From contig CM121343.1 in the NCBI GenBank assembly GCA_051530055.1, forward strand, positions 4,930,389 through 4,994,388: a stretch of DNA of 64,000 nucleotides, read 5' to 3'. This document shows positions 13,599-25,822 of the stretch, one piece after another. The notes beneath the pieces are model-generated. The model ran no database searches. It saw nothing but the letters and a program-made list of their open reading frames with translations, and was not told the origin of the DNA. The first letter of the stretch is position 1. Every line of letters begins with the position of its first letter. The DNA is from Neoechinorhynchus agilis. Lineage: Eukaryota > Animalia > Acanthocephala. Made by a program: the position numbers and the translations under genes.

Positions 13599-14903
13599 AA
13601 AAGATATGGATTCGTTGAACCTACAGCGATATTTAAGAAACAAATTTTTAGGCGAGAATTTCATCTGATTTGAGATTACCGGTGCGAAAACTAAAATTCA
13701 CGTGGAAGTTTTTTAAACGATGCATTGAAATATGGATTAGTTGGCAGTGGACACAAAACCATGCTCCTTACTCACAATTTAGCGTTCCGAAATTCCATTT
13801 GCCATTTGTACGTACATTATGCCATCAGGCATTGAACTTTGGAATAATTTCTGAATTTTGAAAATTTAGGTTCCAGATCAATAACGCTGATTTTTCCAAG
13901 TCCATTTGCATTGTGTTGATTATCATTTTTAGCCACGTAGATTCGCCTTTTTTTCACAAAAAAATCATCGGATTCTGTGCGCAATTGCATTTTATTAGAA
14001 AAGCTGATAAACTACCCGAAGTAAATTGTAGGTTTCTATACATTAAATATTGAAGCTTGAAACAATGTTTTAATATTGTCGCTTCTTGAACGAAAAAGGT
14101 GAGAAATTTAGCTTTGCGACGATATTTTGGCATTTTCTTTAGACATTTCGGCATGATAGAATGAGTTACGGCTCCTAGTGGAGTGCAAAACACCGATCAC
14201 CAATAAATGTAACAACCTCACTTTTGCCAAATTTTAGCTGCCAAATAATATCCTTCATTTTTCAAGTATTAATTCTACTTTTATTCCTTAAAGAGAGACT
14301 GAGACGAATCACTGGTGATCCGAAGTAATGAGCATTCCTCCTAAATGCAACGGGGAATCATGCACCCGTCCTTCCGACCATTAGTGATCCAGAGCGGTAA
14401 CGTTAATATATATAAACTCTTGTGGAAAACAAAACTTATGGTTATAATTGAAGGAAGGTAAACGGTATTCGAATTTTTAATATATATATGCGATTCGGTT
14501 GTTTTACTCATCATATATTATCTATGGAATTTTTCCTTATTTTTTATCACATTGCTTTCAATAACAAAAGGAATTTATGACTTAATCTTGGTTAAATACT
14601 AAGCGTTGCTTTGAAGGAATACATTTTGAAAATCATAATTCCGTTTATTCGGTTACTGTAAGAGATTTCCCAATGCTTATCAACTAAATTGCGTAGATTT
14701 GACTTTTTTTATATACTGAAATGCTGACTTTCACAAAGTAATTAAACAGAGGTGTAAATGGTTACATTTTTTAAAGGTTGGGAGTTTTAGAGATCTACAT
14801 GGTGTCTTCGATATTTTTGAAGAATTTTCAAATTCACGGCTAATAATCAGGTCTATGATTTACTGCAAAATGTTTTAAAGACGCTTTCGCGTGAAATAAA
14901 TCT

Positions 14904-15683
14904 TTACAATCTCTCGTTGCGTATTATTTGTCCGCTCTGAGGAATTATTTTCCTTGAGGTTTCCTTCTTCGAAGAAATATTTGACACTTCCATCCGACGG
15001 TTACTGTACGCGTACTCGGGCATATTATCCACTAATTCGATTTCTTCCAAATATCCTGGCTTTCGGTGTGAACTTTTGTGCATAATAAAGACATTCTGAA
15101 TGTCGCTACTGAGGTTGTTGTATAGATCCCATCTTTGCAGAAATTTTCTTCTGCGAAAGCGTACAAAATCGCCCAATGTATCAGGATCTATTTCTTTAGG
15201 CTGAACGATTTCCCTAAAACGGCGACTGCCTCTCTTTTCGATGCGGCGTAAACTGGATGTGAGATGCGCTGACAATCGAGCCTTATTTGTTTCATCGAAC
15301 TCTATATATTTGGTCGATAGCCTTTCGAAAACCGCGTTTACATTTTGTGTATCCTGCAATGCTTCGAGATACGGTCTATTTAGCACAAAGCAGTGCGAAG
15401 CATTCAATTGGTTTTCCACTGCACTGTTAGATTCTCTTGCCGGATTGAAACGATGGTGCCGCCTTCTTAGCCAATTGGTACATCGAGTGTCCTTATTTAG
15501 TTTGAGGTAATCAAGACTATCAGTCGTTTGGCCGTCGGTTTTGAATGATCTTACGGCTATAATTGGAGAAATCGCTACTGTTTTCATGGGTCTCCTATTC
15601 CCTGCCCAAAACCGTGTATTGTCTTTAGGCAATTTATTTCTTAACATGGACTTCAATACTGTCCGGGTTTCTTGCTTTTCCAT
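14904..15683 (-). CDS. Hypothetical basic protein, 259 aa, no recognised domain
   Basis: A 780-nt uninterrupted ORF in AT-rich DNA. No motif recognised. Confidence 0.45.
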   Translation of the reverse strand: MEKQETRTVLKSMLRNKLPKDNTRFWAGNRRPMKTVAISPIIAVRSFKTDGQTTDSLDYLKLNKDTRCTNWLRRRHHRFNPARESNSAVENQLNASHCFVLNRPYLEALQDTQNVNAVFERLSTKYIEFDETNKARLSAHLTSSLRRIEKRGSRRFREIVQPKEIDPDTLGDFVRFRRRKFLQRWDLYNNLSSDIQNVFIMHKSSHRKPGYLEEIELVDNMPEYAYSNRRMEVSNISSKKETSRKIIPQSGQIIRNERL

Positions 15684-16479
15684 CTCTCACCGGACTAGTC
15701 GTTGCCTCTTCTAGGTTTATGATATCTCCTACATCCTTCTTACTCACATCGCATCATTTCACGAATAAACTATTGTGGTGTTCGTCACTGTTTAGACGCT
15801 CACGTACCCACTCGTGCGCGTAGGCGTCGTTGCAACATTAAGGTGAACGTTTTTTTATAGCAGAACTCGTGTATGCGTTTTGTTCCCATTCGCACTCCCG
15901 TTGAGTTCGGAATTTTCATTATTATGTTCCTAATGCCCACTGATACTTGCTTAATCGACTTGAAATGGAAAATATCAAGTGATCGGGGATCCGGCCACAC
16001 GGAATACCGTTGCTTCAACTTTTTAAACCTAAAACACTGCCCAATTTTGCGAAAAACGTTACTCGCTCGGATTTCATGCCGAGCGAGTTAAATCGCGCTC
16101 TGGCGATCGAATCCGTTCCTATGGAACAATCGATAATACCACCGTGTATGGAGGTAATCTCCTTTTTAGAGAAAACGATTTATAATAACTTTGTAGATTC
16201 GGTACGAAAATAAATGCCCAAAGACAATTGTGAAATGAAAGCGTTGTCCCTAAAACGAAATTTAGAAAAATTGATGTTTATAAGAAATCGCTTTTTGGGG
16301 TACTCATCAGCTTGTTCCTATTGAAATTTAGAGTCTTTTAAATAAGAGAAGTCATCTATCTATACAGATTGTATATTTTTTTGCATTAGTTAGGTTCGTG
16401 ACTGAGGTTCATGGAAAAAAACCTTCGTGGAGAACAATTCATTTGTTGAACCGAATCCAAAAAGAACAAGAGAATATCA

Positions 16480-19400
16480 ATGGTTCGAATAATAACACGT
16501 TATTTATTAATCCACAAAAAAATAGGACCCATGTACCTTTGGGTCTTCATGAACACTCGAGTTTTGAAAGGAAAAATGAACGTGGCAGTTTAGTTTTGGA
16601 GTGGATTACAGGTCAGGTCGGATGAGAATTGGCGGTTATTGTTTGCAACAGTTTGCGAGGTTAATCTTTCCTCAGGTTCAACTCCTGTAATGATATCCGA
16701 GAAGATTGGGACCCATGGAAATGGGCCGGAGGTGGAGGGAGATGCGAGGCATAAAAGGATGAAATGAATTGGGATTGCGAGTGTTGTGCTCGTGTGAAAA
16801 AGGAAATAAAATGTGGTAAAAATTGTAGTGGTAGGAATGAGACGCGCTTTGATTGTTTGTTGAGAATCTTATAAAGGTGTTTAGTGCAAGGGGGAAATCA
16901 ACTGTGCAAATTTTAGACGATTGCGAACGAAGGGATAGTTGGTGAGGGAGGGTAAGATAAAGCTGCAGTAAAATTTAAGGAGTTCAGACGAAGGAACTCC
17001 TAAATGGCGGAGGGAAAGTGTAATGCGCGAATCCCATTTCAAGTTTTATTGAAATTGGATACCCAGAATTCTGAGGGAGGTGACTCGAAGGATGTCATTT
17101 GGAAGATCGGGGTAGGATGCGGAGTTACGAGAAAATGACGGGTGGTGCAGAAATCTTTGATGTGGATAGGTGGAAGGGTGATTGTGTAAGAAGGGTGAGA
17201 TCTTTGACATATAAGAAAAGCTTAGAGTGAGAGGAAAGAGGCTGAAGTTCGTTTATGAAAATATTTAAAAGAAGTGGAGACAGGACGGCACCCTGAGGTA
17301 CGCCTTTGGTGAGGGATATTCTGATCAAGGAGGTAAAAAGGCAGTGAATGTATTGTTTTCGATTGTGAAGATAAGGGACCAGCCGGCGGATCTGCCACAA
17401 GTTGAGACCAAAATCGGAACAGGTCTGGAGGAGTAGTGAATAATCTGCGGAGTCGAATGCTTTCGACAAATCCAGTTGAATAAGACGGCTGATGTGAGAG
17501 GAATTATTGTCCAGGTTGCGTAAGAGCGTGCCATAAATGCAAAGTAAAGCATCCGTTACGGAAAACGTGGTACGGAAGCCGAATTGAAGGGGCGATAATT
17601 TGTTGTTGAGAAGTGAAAAAAGGCGAGTTTTAATACATTTTTCGATGGATATAGGACGAAATGATTCAGTGGAAATTGGATGCCCATTTTTCAGAAGAAG
17701 GATCATTTTAGCAGTTTTTAGGCGACCGATGAGCTTGTACCGTCCGATAAACAGATAGTGTATTCGCCAATTCCAGTCTCCGTGTCAACGGGGTAATCAG
17801 AATCTATTATCAGATCGAGTGATTTATGGAGTTGAGAGCAGTGGTAAAGACGACATGGTTTCGCTAGTAGTTGACTAACTTTGTGTCGGTCATCGCGGTA
17901 TAATTGAGGAGGTGATTGGTCAACAGTATCAGCAGATATTTGGCCTACATCTTCCTCTACACTACTTAATCTTTTCCTTTTCCGTCTACTACGTTCATAG
18001 CAATCATTCGACTCTCCTTCGACTTCCATTTTAATCCGTATTAAAAGCTTGTCCATCAGTTTCTCGCATCCGCTATATGATCCACGAATGCTAAATACTT
18101 TGAACAGTCGTCGTTGAGTGGAGTCATCCCGAACGCATGCACTGAACCGAACGGACGTTGGTGACGTCCGCATGATTCTCATTTTATCAAAGATAGGAAT
18201 GTTCAAGATAACACGCTGACTTCCCGCGGATCTAAATAGAATTCGGGCCATCGTTGGTCTTTCAAATCCCGTTTATCCCAGACGGGTGAGCGAGGTTATT
18301 TTTGACGTTGAGGTGTGCGGTGGAGGGACTAATAAGGGCACAAATGGTCAGAGTTCGCGGAAGGAAGGAGTTTAGAGGCGGGTGAATAGGGGCTCGATAT
18401 TGGCGAATACTATGTCGAGTTGAGCGTCAAAACGTGTTGGGAAGTCAATTTGTTGATTCAAATCGTAGAAAGGTGACAGAGGAAATGGTTTATTGAAGTC
18501 GCCTGCAATTAGGAAATGATATGAATTTGCGAAGTCTATGAACTCCATTATGGACACCAGCTGATGTAATGAGTATTCAGGACGAGAGGCAGGAGGGCGG
18601 TAGACGCCAACAATCGTGAATTCACTAAGACCATTCCTTAGAGGAGCTTTGAAATGTGCGGCGATCAATTCTAGAGAGCCTATGAGTGATGAAGAGTAGG
18701 GTAGTGATTGTCGTACGAAGATTGAGACACTCCCCATGGACGGTCCTCGCAAGGAAAAGTGTCCGAGTAGGGTGGTTAGCAATGCTTCAGTTACGATGAT
18801 TACATCAGCTTTTGAAGTAGATGAAATGGGTGATATTTCATTTAGTTTAGGCAGGAGGCTTCGAGCGTTGGGGTAGATTAAGATGGGGAAGGAGATTTTG
18901 TGTTGGGTGGAAATGAGGGAGACTGAGGTCGCTTTGGTCGTCGTGGGTGATAAATTAAGGGAGGAATCGATACAGGTTGTCGATCTCAAAGGACTGACTA
19001 TTACAAAAAGGGAAGTACGGGAGCGAATCGAAAATTTGTGTTGGGATGAGTGATTGGCATCGTGAGGAACGAGTTTTGCGTTGAGAATTTGTGTGGATTA
19101 GCCACGATTGGATATGCCAATTTATGGTATATTTGTGAAGGGGTTGAGTGGTATTTCTTTACTTGTTTCAGGAGGGAGATCGTATTTAATTGGAGTTGCA
19201 CGAAGTCAAAGAAGTTGAGTAATCGCTTAACTCTACGAGTTTTTGGGATGTGTAACATGATCTACGATATTCGTTAAATCGAAGTTTTATACTAAGAAGA
19301 TGATGTCTGCATTGAGTTTGGAGGGGCACTGGAAATATGCGATGATCAGTTTTTATCTGAACAGATTCGAAAAGGAAGTTGTGAAGAAAGGAGCTTGTAT

Positions 19401-20060
19401 TTCCTATTAAGGAGGAGATGCGATTTATATCCTTGAGGGAGGAGTGCAAGACACGACGGGTCGAGTTCAGATCGGCGAGGTCATGACAAAAATGAATCGG
19501 AGGGTTGATTGATTGTGTCGATGTTGAGATCGACCTCATATCCTTATAGTTATTTGCTCCTCCTTTTGCTCTTTTTCCTATTCGTTCAGATGTTTCTTTG
19601 GCCGTTTATTCAACCGTAGCTTTCTTAATAATTACTGGAGGTGAACCGCTGCTCCTATCCTTCACAGTAATTTTAGAATCATTAAGTACACTCGCAGTAT
19701 CTTCAACACAACTCGTTTCCAACGAGTCTTCGTTTGAGTTTGCCGTACTGATGGAACGATTACCTTCGTAGCCACTTCACTAGCCGATTTATGTAAACCT
19801 TTAGCATGTTTTTTAGAATTCTCCATGGGAACCTTTGTCTGCCTCTTTGAAGAGTTAAATTTGTTCTCGTTGCACATTTTGATATCAACCAACTGTTCAT
19901 TTCTAATAACTTCTTTTTCATATTGATTAGCATCAGTTTTGGCATCCTCAGCTGTGTCCACCGCTTCAATTAACGAGTGCTGTAGAGTATCGGTAACTCG
20001 TTCAAAGTACTTTTTAGTGCGATATCGATAAGAGCAGAATGCTCAGCAGAGTTCTGTTCA
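16480..20060 (-). mobile_element. L2/CR1-group LINE, near full length but degenerate (ORF1 remnant about 19000-20060, APE about 18330-18990, RT and C-terminus about 16560-17716, 3' tail about 16480-16560); 5' end uncertain
   Basis: APE: YPNARSLLPKL, FTIVGVYRPP, IAGDFN, QLDIVFAN, NSDH. RT: FRPISI, QFGFR, QLDLSKAFDS, GVPQGAVLSPLL, LYVKD, VTSLRILGIQF. AT-rich tail. Confidence 0.85.
17718..18272 (-). pseudogene. RANBP3: Orphan fragment of RANBP3 (C-terminal half of the Ran-binding domain plus tail) embedded in the LINE
   Basis: ARILFRSAGSQRVILN..M.I...S..SVRFSA...FKVFSI...KL...RI aligns with RANBP3 SRLVMRTQGSLRLILN..MQIDKASEKSIRITA..VKVFLI..QL...RI. An in-frame TAA lies 8 codons upstream of the ATG. 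Confidence 0.75.
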
Positions 20061-20228
20061 CAGTTCATTGATTATTTTTAAAAATTTAGAGTATACAACG
20101 AGCGAGAGAGACGCGACGAAAGAGAGCGATAGGGCGACGAGATAAAGTGAGTGGTCAAATTAAAATAAACTAGATTTCCCTTGCATTGAGGTCTTATTTA
20201 AAGATGTACTTGCGAAGCACACTCATGT

Positions 20229-23162
20229 TTAATAAAAATAAACCGGTGACTTGAATTTTGGGTCGATTGACCCATCCCACGCACTAGAGTTAGTAATCCA
20301 TCCGTCCTCGTTAACGCTTATTTCGCCACATTCAGTGGGATCCTCTTCGTCTTGAATAACCGGGAGAGATTGCGCGTGTCTCAATGTAGACGAGTCGTTG
20401 TGCATCACTCGTTGCCAGGGACTTGCTGGATTGCTATTACCAATAGTTATGTCGAATCCGACATTAGATTCAAGCACTGTGTCCGAAGATACTGGAGATG
20501 AGCTCTAAAAAGGTATGACAAATGATGGATTAATGTAGCTTAAAATTTTAAACTTAAAGATGTACTGCCGCTTGTTAAATATGGTTTAGAAATTGTCGTT
20601 TAAAAGCAACAATCTAGCGAACTTCAAATAAATGTAGTTTCACAACCGCCGAATTTATAATTACGAGTCTATAGAATTCGGTATTGTTTACTTACATTGA
20701 ACGAGTTTTTAAGGTGGCGCCGGTCTCTGCTTATTGGACCATATTTGTTGTGAGTCGGTGTTTCCGAAAATGGAATAACAGTCTCGTGATCGTATGGTCT
20801 AATAAATGGCGATCAAAGGGATGTTCAGAATGTTAGATTGTACCTTGCTGGAATGGAGCTGAGGTAGTTTGATGGCGATGTGTGTTGCCGCTTGAAAGAG
20901 AGCTCCCGTTGCTGCTGTTGACGCAGGCTGGATGGATATAAATTGGGAACGCTTTCAACTCTTCGAAGAACGTCATAAGGATCATCAAAGCTTGCAACAG
21001 GCAATGGATGTAAGGCTAAATATTAGTTTTTGAGTGAAATGAAAGTATAGATTAGAACATACGAATCGGCCGAATTTGACTGAGCAAGTTTTGCTTTCTT
21101 ATTTGAAGGTTTTCGATTTGTTTATCGAGACTGATGATTGCATTCGTCAAATCTCCGTTGGTTTCTGCTCCTTTCATCAGTTGATCACGAATCTCAGGTG
21201 ATCCAAATGCGGCCGATCTTATAATGGGTGGTGGTGGTACCTCAGCGTTGGTATTTCCGTATGCAGCGGTGACGGGCACAGATGAATTTTGGCCCACGTT
21301 CCCAGTTCCATCAAAAGCTTTTAACGGTATTAATAAATCCGATCTATGGTTTGATTGATACACGACAGGTGTAAGACCCGGCGGCGGCTCGACTGTGGGG
21401 GGTGCTTGTAGTTCATATAGTGAACTATTTATTACGTCCGCGATAGAAAGCTGGGACATTGGCTGTTGCTGTTTGGATGGCTGAGAAGGCGGCAGTGGTG
21501 CAGCGATCGGTGGATGTGTTTGGGCCGCCAGAACTCTGGGAGGCATCGAAAGAGATGTCGGTTTCGAGCCTGCTGATATAGACGAGTGAGCAACCTGAGA
21601 AGGCATGAACAATGACATCTTTGGCACTTTGGAAGTTGACACTTGTTGGACAAGTGAAGACATGCTGTTGGACCATGTTCGGCGATGAAGTTTCTGGTTA
21701 GCTCCATTCTGGCAGTCGACTGCAGCCATGACGGATGACACCGCAGCCGCCACATCGTTCAGATTAAGAAATTCTACGGAGTTTGATAGTGAGTTTCTCT
21801 TACTGCAGATGATTGGATCAGATCGATTATGTCGTCGAAACGCTGATTGGATAACGTGAGACTTGGTCGAATAAATAAACAGGCAATTTGAAATTCGATG
21901 AAGACAATTAAATAGAGTCGATTGAAAATCGGTCCATTCTGCATTCCACTGCGGTATTTGAGTATGGTAGACATGATTACAGTCCGCGACAACAGTGGGC
22001 AGGAGTTTGAATGGATCCCCATTATATTGAAGGACGTGCTTAAGTTCACTTATTATTTGAGAGAAGGATTGAACGCCGGGGTGTATGATGGCGTTCGTTG
22101 AAGAGCACTGCTGTGAAGTGGATGAACACTGCTGATGATCATCTGCTTGAATAGGTTGCCTGCTTATCCGATCAATCACAGCGTTCATATGATATTTGTG
22201 ATTCGCGTCACCGTACAATAGAATAGACCAGGTTTCGGGCGAAATTCGAAGTCCCGCGTCCATAGCAATTTGAGCGATTTGAGCGTCGTGTTCACGTCTC
22301 AGCGCTTCATAGGTGCGAAACTCTTCCTTTAATTGCATTAGCGAACTCTCTTCTTGTCTCTTTTGCAACTGCAAAGAATCTTAAGGAACGTGTTGACTAA
22401 GCGGAATGCAACTAACCTTGAAACACGACGCCCTATAAAGTAATTGAACTACATGGCCGATACTGGTTTTCGATGCCCTCGGGAAATGAGGTTGAAGTTT
22501 CTGCACAACAAATAATACGAGCATTTTTCTCGACAAGGCAGATCCATCGCCTAGTGCAACGAGAACTAATTTTAAAGTTTCCTCTTGCATTGCTAAAAAG
22601 GAAAGGTTGAAGGTATTTCAAAGTGCGTACATTCTATCATACCTGGGCCTAAGAATTGGCAACCGCGATTTCTGACAGCTAACCAAAGACTTTTTGTGAT
22701 TTGAGTTTGATTCTGATAAAGCATCAGAAAATCTATTGCAAGGCGTTCAATCAACGATCGGCAATTCCGCAATGCGTTATTGAAGTAAATAAGTCTTGCG
22801 CTACTATCTTCATGTGGAAGTGGTTGTTTAGCGATTCCATTGATCAATGTCATGAGCCGTCGAATGGCCGGTCTGGTCAATGACTGTTGCTTACTAAGTC
22901 CTCCTCCCGTGATTTTGGTTGACGACGGCACCGTATAATTTTGAATACAATCCATCATGTCAACGAGCTGATCGCTGATACTGTCTTCTTTAAACACGGC
23001 ATGCCTGTTACTGTCAATGCAAGCGTTTCCGGTGACAGTGCCGGAGCAAGAAGTGCTAAGGGCGAAATTACCCGCCGGCGCCACCGCCGCTGAAGCGACT
23101 GAAGATGCGTTTGGTGGATCCGGTGGCGCTGTTGAAGTCGCCACAATATCTTGGTTGTTCAT
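20229..23162 (-). CDS. RC3H1: Roquin (ROQ-domain RNA-binding protein); multi-exon
   Basis: [15 protein letters not shown]|[53 protein letters not shown]|[38 protein letters not shown]-terminal YGPISR motif near 20730. Confidence 0.95.
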
Positions 23163-23164
23163 GG

Positions 23165-23830
23165 AGTCGTCGTCGTCGTCGTCGTCTAAAGCTTAGAGCG
23201 CCCCGCGTATATATCTCCCGGAACACTTTTTTTTCACGCTTCCTGCGCTTTGATTGGCGTTAGTGACTAAGTGAAACGACGTGCGAGCACACACAGAGCG
23301 GGAGATATGGAAGCTTTTCTCATTCAGGACCGAAATCCGTACAGTTCGGTCAACTTTTCGAACGGCACCCCACCCTCCCCCTTCCAATGCTGCGGCCTCT
23401 AAGCGAAAACGAGCGAGAGAACGCGCCCAACGCATCGAACGCGACATATACAACAAACCAAGAAGTTCCCGACGAGTTGTACGCGCCGTGGGCATATAGA
23501 GAAAAGAAGACAATGCTGATTTCTCTGTCTGTTCGATGGTGGCACATTTACCACCACCACCACCGCCGCCGCCGCCGCCACCGACGCCGAGTCGCACACG
23601 CGCCCAAACTTCTCTCACCGTGCTGCTTTGCCGTCATCGTTTTCTTCATACGCTGAATGCACGGCGCGTAGGCATGGAAGATCCGGCGCTAAACGCTGTG
23701 CCATCACGTCGACGACCCTGTGCCCCACGCACGCACGAGCGCGCGCGCGAGCGAGCGAGTAACCACTGCTGAGAGGGGACGCAAGGAAGTGACCACTCCG
23801 GGTTAGGTTCCCTTTTTAAATTTAGAAAAG
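23165..23830. promoter_or_regulatory. CpG-rich island upstream of Roquin with (GTC)n and (CCA/CCG)n microsatellites
   Basis: Clearly GC- and CpG-rich relative to its flanks. Minus-strand CCAATC and CAGGAAG motifs. Repeats at 23165-23187 and about 23550-23585. Confidence 0.55.
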
Positions 23831-24619
23831 ATCCACCTACTGAGTTCCTCCACGATCCGTGTAGCGTTGTGAGAATGAAAATGACCAAACGTTTTGCACC
23901 CCTCGGGGAAAGGCGAATAAATACTAGCTTAAATTTGCAATAAACAAATGATTTCGAAACAGTCTCATTGTGGACCCTTGAATACGAAGGGGATTAAAAG
24001 TCCTAACGAAGAACGTTAGACATTGATGATTCTTAGTGCTTCACGACTTGAATTGACAAGGTTCGAGCGGGGTTGCAATATATCCTCTAGATTGTTTAGT
24101 AAGAAACGTAATGTGATAACTCATAAGCTTGAACACATCCGCTGTTTTCCCGTGGTATACATTGGAGGAGCCCGCTCAAGTTTGTTCACTTAAATCAGGC
24201 AACAATAAAAACGCTACTTTTACTGCCACGGTTCCCTTACACAAGAGATCTAACGAAACTATTCAAAAAAGCGAGAAGGGGCGGTGTCGTCCAACAATAC
24301 TAGGTTTTACAGAAAAGTCCTCGTGGATTCAATACAAGCTATTTCTGAGATAGATTCCAATCAAAAAACGGAATAAACACTTTCTGTGTTTCATTATAAT
24401 CACAGAATTTAAGAAAATTAGCATTCTTACACAAATGCTAATAAGTATAATGCCGGTATATGGAAATATTTAACGATAAAGGATTAAACGTGAATACGAT
24501 TAATCATTGTTAAAAAGAACAAAAAAAAATCAGTGCTGAATACGAACATTTGCGACAAGTTTAAAGGATAAATTGTTCAAAAAATATTGTAAACTATGAA
24601 GAATTAAAGGCCTGACTAA

Positions 24620-25822
24620 TGGCGAAATTATGAACCATGAGAAGCTTCGATGCATTCATTCGATTTGAACTTTAGTGCATTCAAACCAAAAGTCATGTAA
24701 ACTCTTCTTGGCAAAGCGTAAGTCATAGGATTCATCAACGAGTGTTTCTACGTTCGTAGACAGAAAGGAAAGCTTTTTTTGACGTACAACTACCACTCCG
24801 AATTCTCGCAGGGATGATTGTTTCTAAGCGCATACCTACGGCAAAAATCAGAATAAAATGTAAAATTTATGGAGCTATTAAATCAAAAAAGCAATTGTCA
24901 GTTCTAGAATCACGATTTCCACTCAGCCAAAGAATTTTCTCAGAGAAGGCTTAGTTCAAGATATTTAGATTCGTGGATCTTAGAGAGGAAATTGCGATCC
25001 AGCTTTTGATAGGAATATAGAATGAATGGGCCTGTCACCAATACTTTTGAGCATACAAATAGCGAAATAAAAATGATGTTGAGGTGTCGATAGGATCAGC
25101 ACGCTTGTTCCTAAGGAATGTTACTCACACTGGTATTCTGATTGGATATCCACTCAAGGATTGCGATATAATGTTTGTCGAATATGGTGGAGAACCTAAC
25201 AGTTCGAAAAAATGAAAAACGCGTTCTAATTCTGGAGTTGAAAGGTTAGTGGCTTCCAAAAACAGACGATGGCTAGTGATTGAATAATGAAGAAGTTCAA
25301 TATCGACAAAGACATCGCTCATAAATTTAGTCGACTATTATGATGTCGAGAGAGCGCGATCAAACCTGTGAAAAAGCACCACAGCTAATAGAGGCATCAG
25401 TTCCATTCTATGTTCCATCAAGAACTGATATTTGATGGATTTATCCAATTTTGCACCGTGCCGGCACGTAGAAATTGCGATTACAGAATATCGTCACCCA
25501 GAGTCGCACATTGGTGGCGGTTAAAACGTGTCAAGTCTATATTTTATTAATTAAAACTCTGACCATTAAGTCTATATTTTCGGATTTAGATTTCAACGAG
25601 TTCATAATGCGCTCGATATGTCGATGGTTCAACGCCACCGGTCGCTGGGTTCCACGGTTGTGCGAGGCTACTGGAAGGGGTTGGGTTCGGATTTTGAGAT
25701 TACCCATCGGCCCCAAAAAGTGGGTTGGCCCAGGCCCTTCGAGTGCGGCTAAGCGCCTCCGACGTGTGCAAGTCAGCCGAAAGGCTCAAAAGAAGATGTC
25801 GCAAGACCAATCTGGAGAACAT
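24620..25822 (-). CDS. Probable multi-exon gene of unknown product, possibly mitochondrial
   Basis: Arg/Leu/Ser-rich start MFSRLVLRHLLLSLSADLHTSEALSRTRR, followed by several short open segments bounded by GT..AG. No family recognised. Confidence 0.35.

Noticed and set aside
13950-14250. hAT-like transposase trace (KCQNIVAKLNFS)
   Set aside because: The similarity is too short and not corroborated by other motifs.
16490-16560. Spliced-leader RNA reading of the AG|GTACATGG motif followed by a U-tract
   Set aside because: The putative Sm site is too close to the donor and not conserved between copies. Position at a LINE 3' end explains the motif better.
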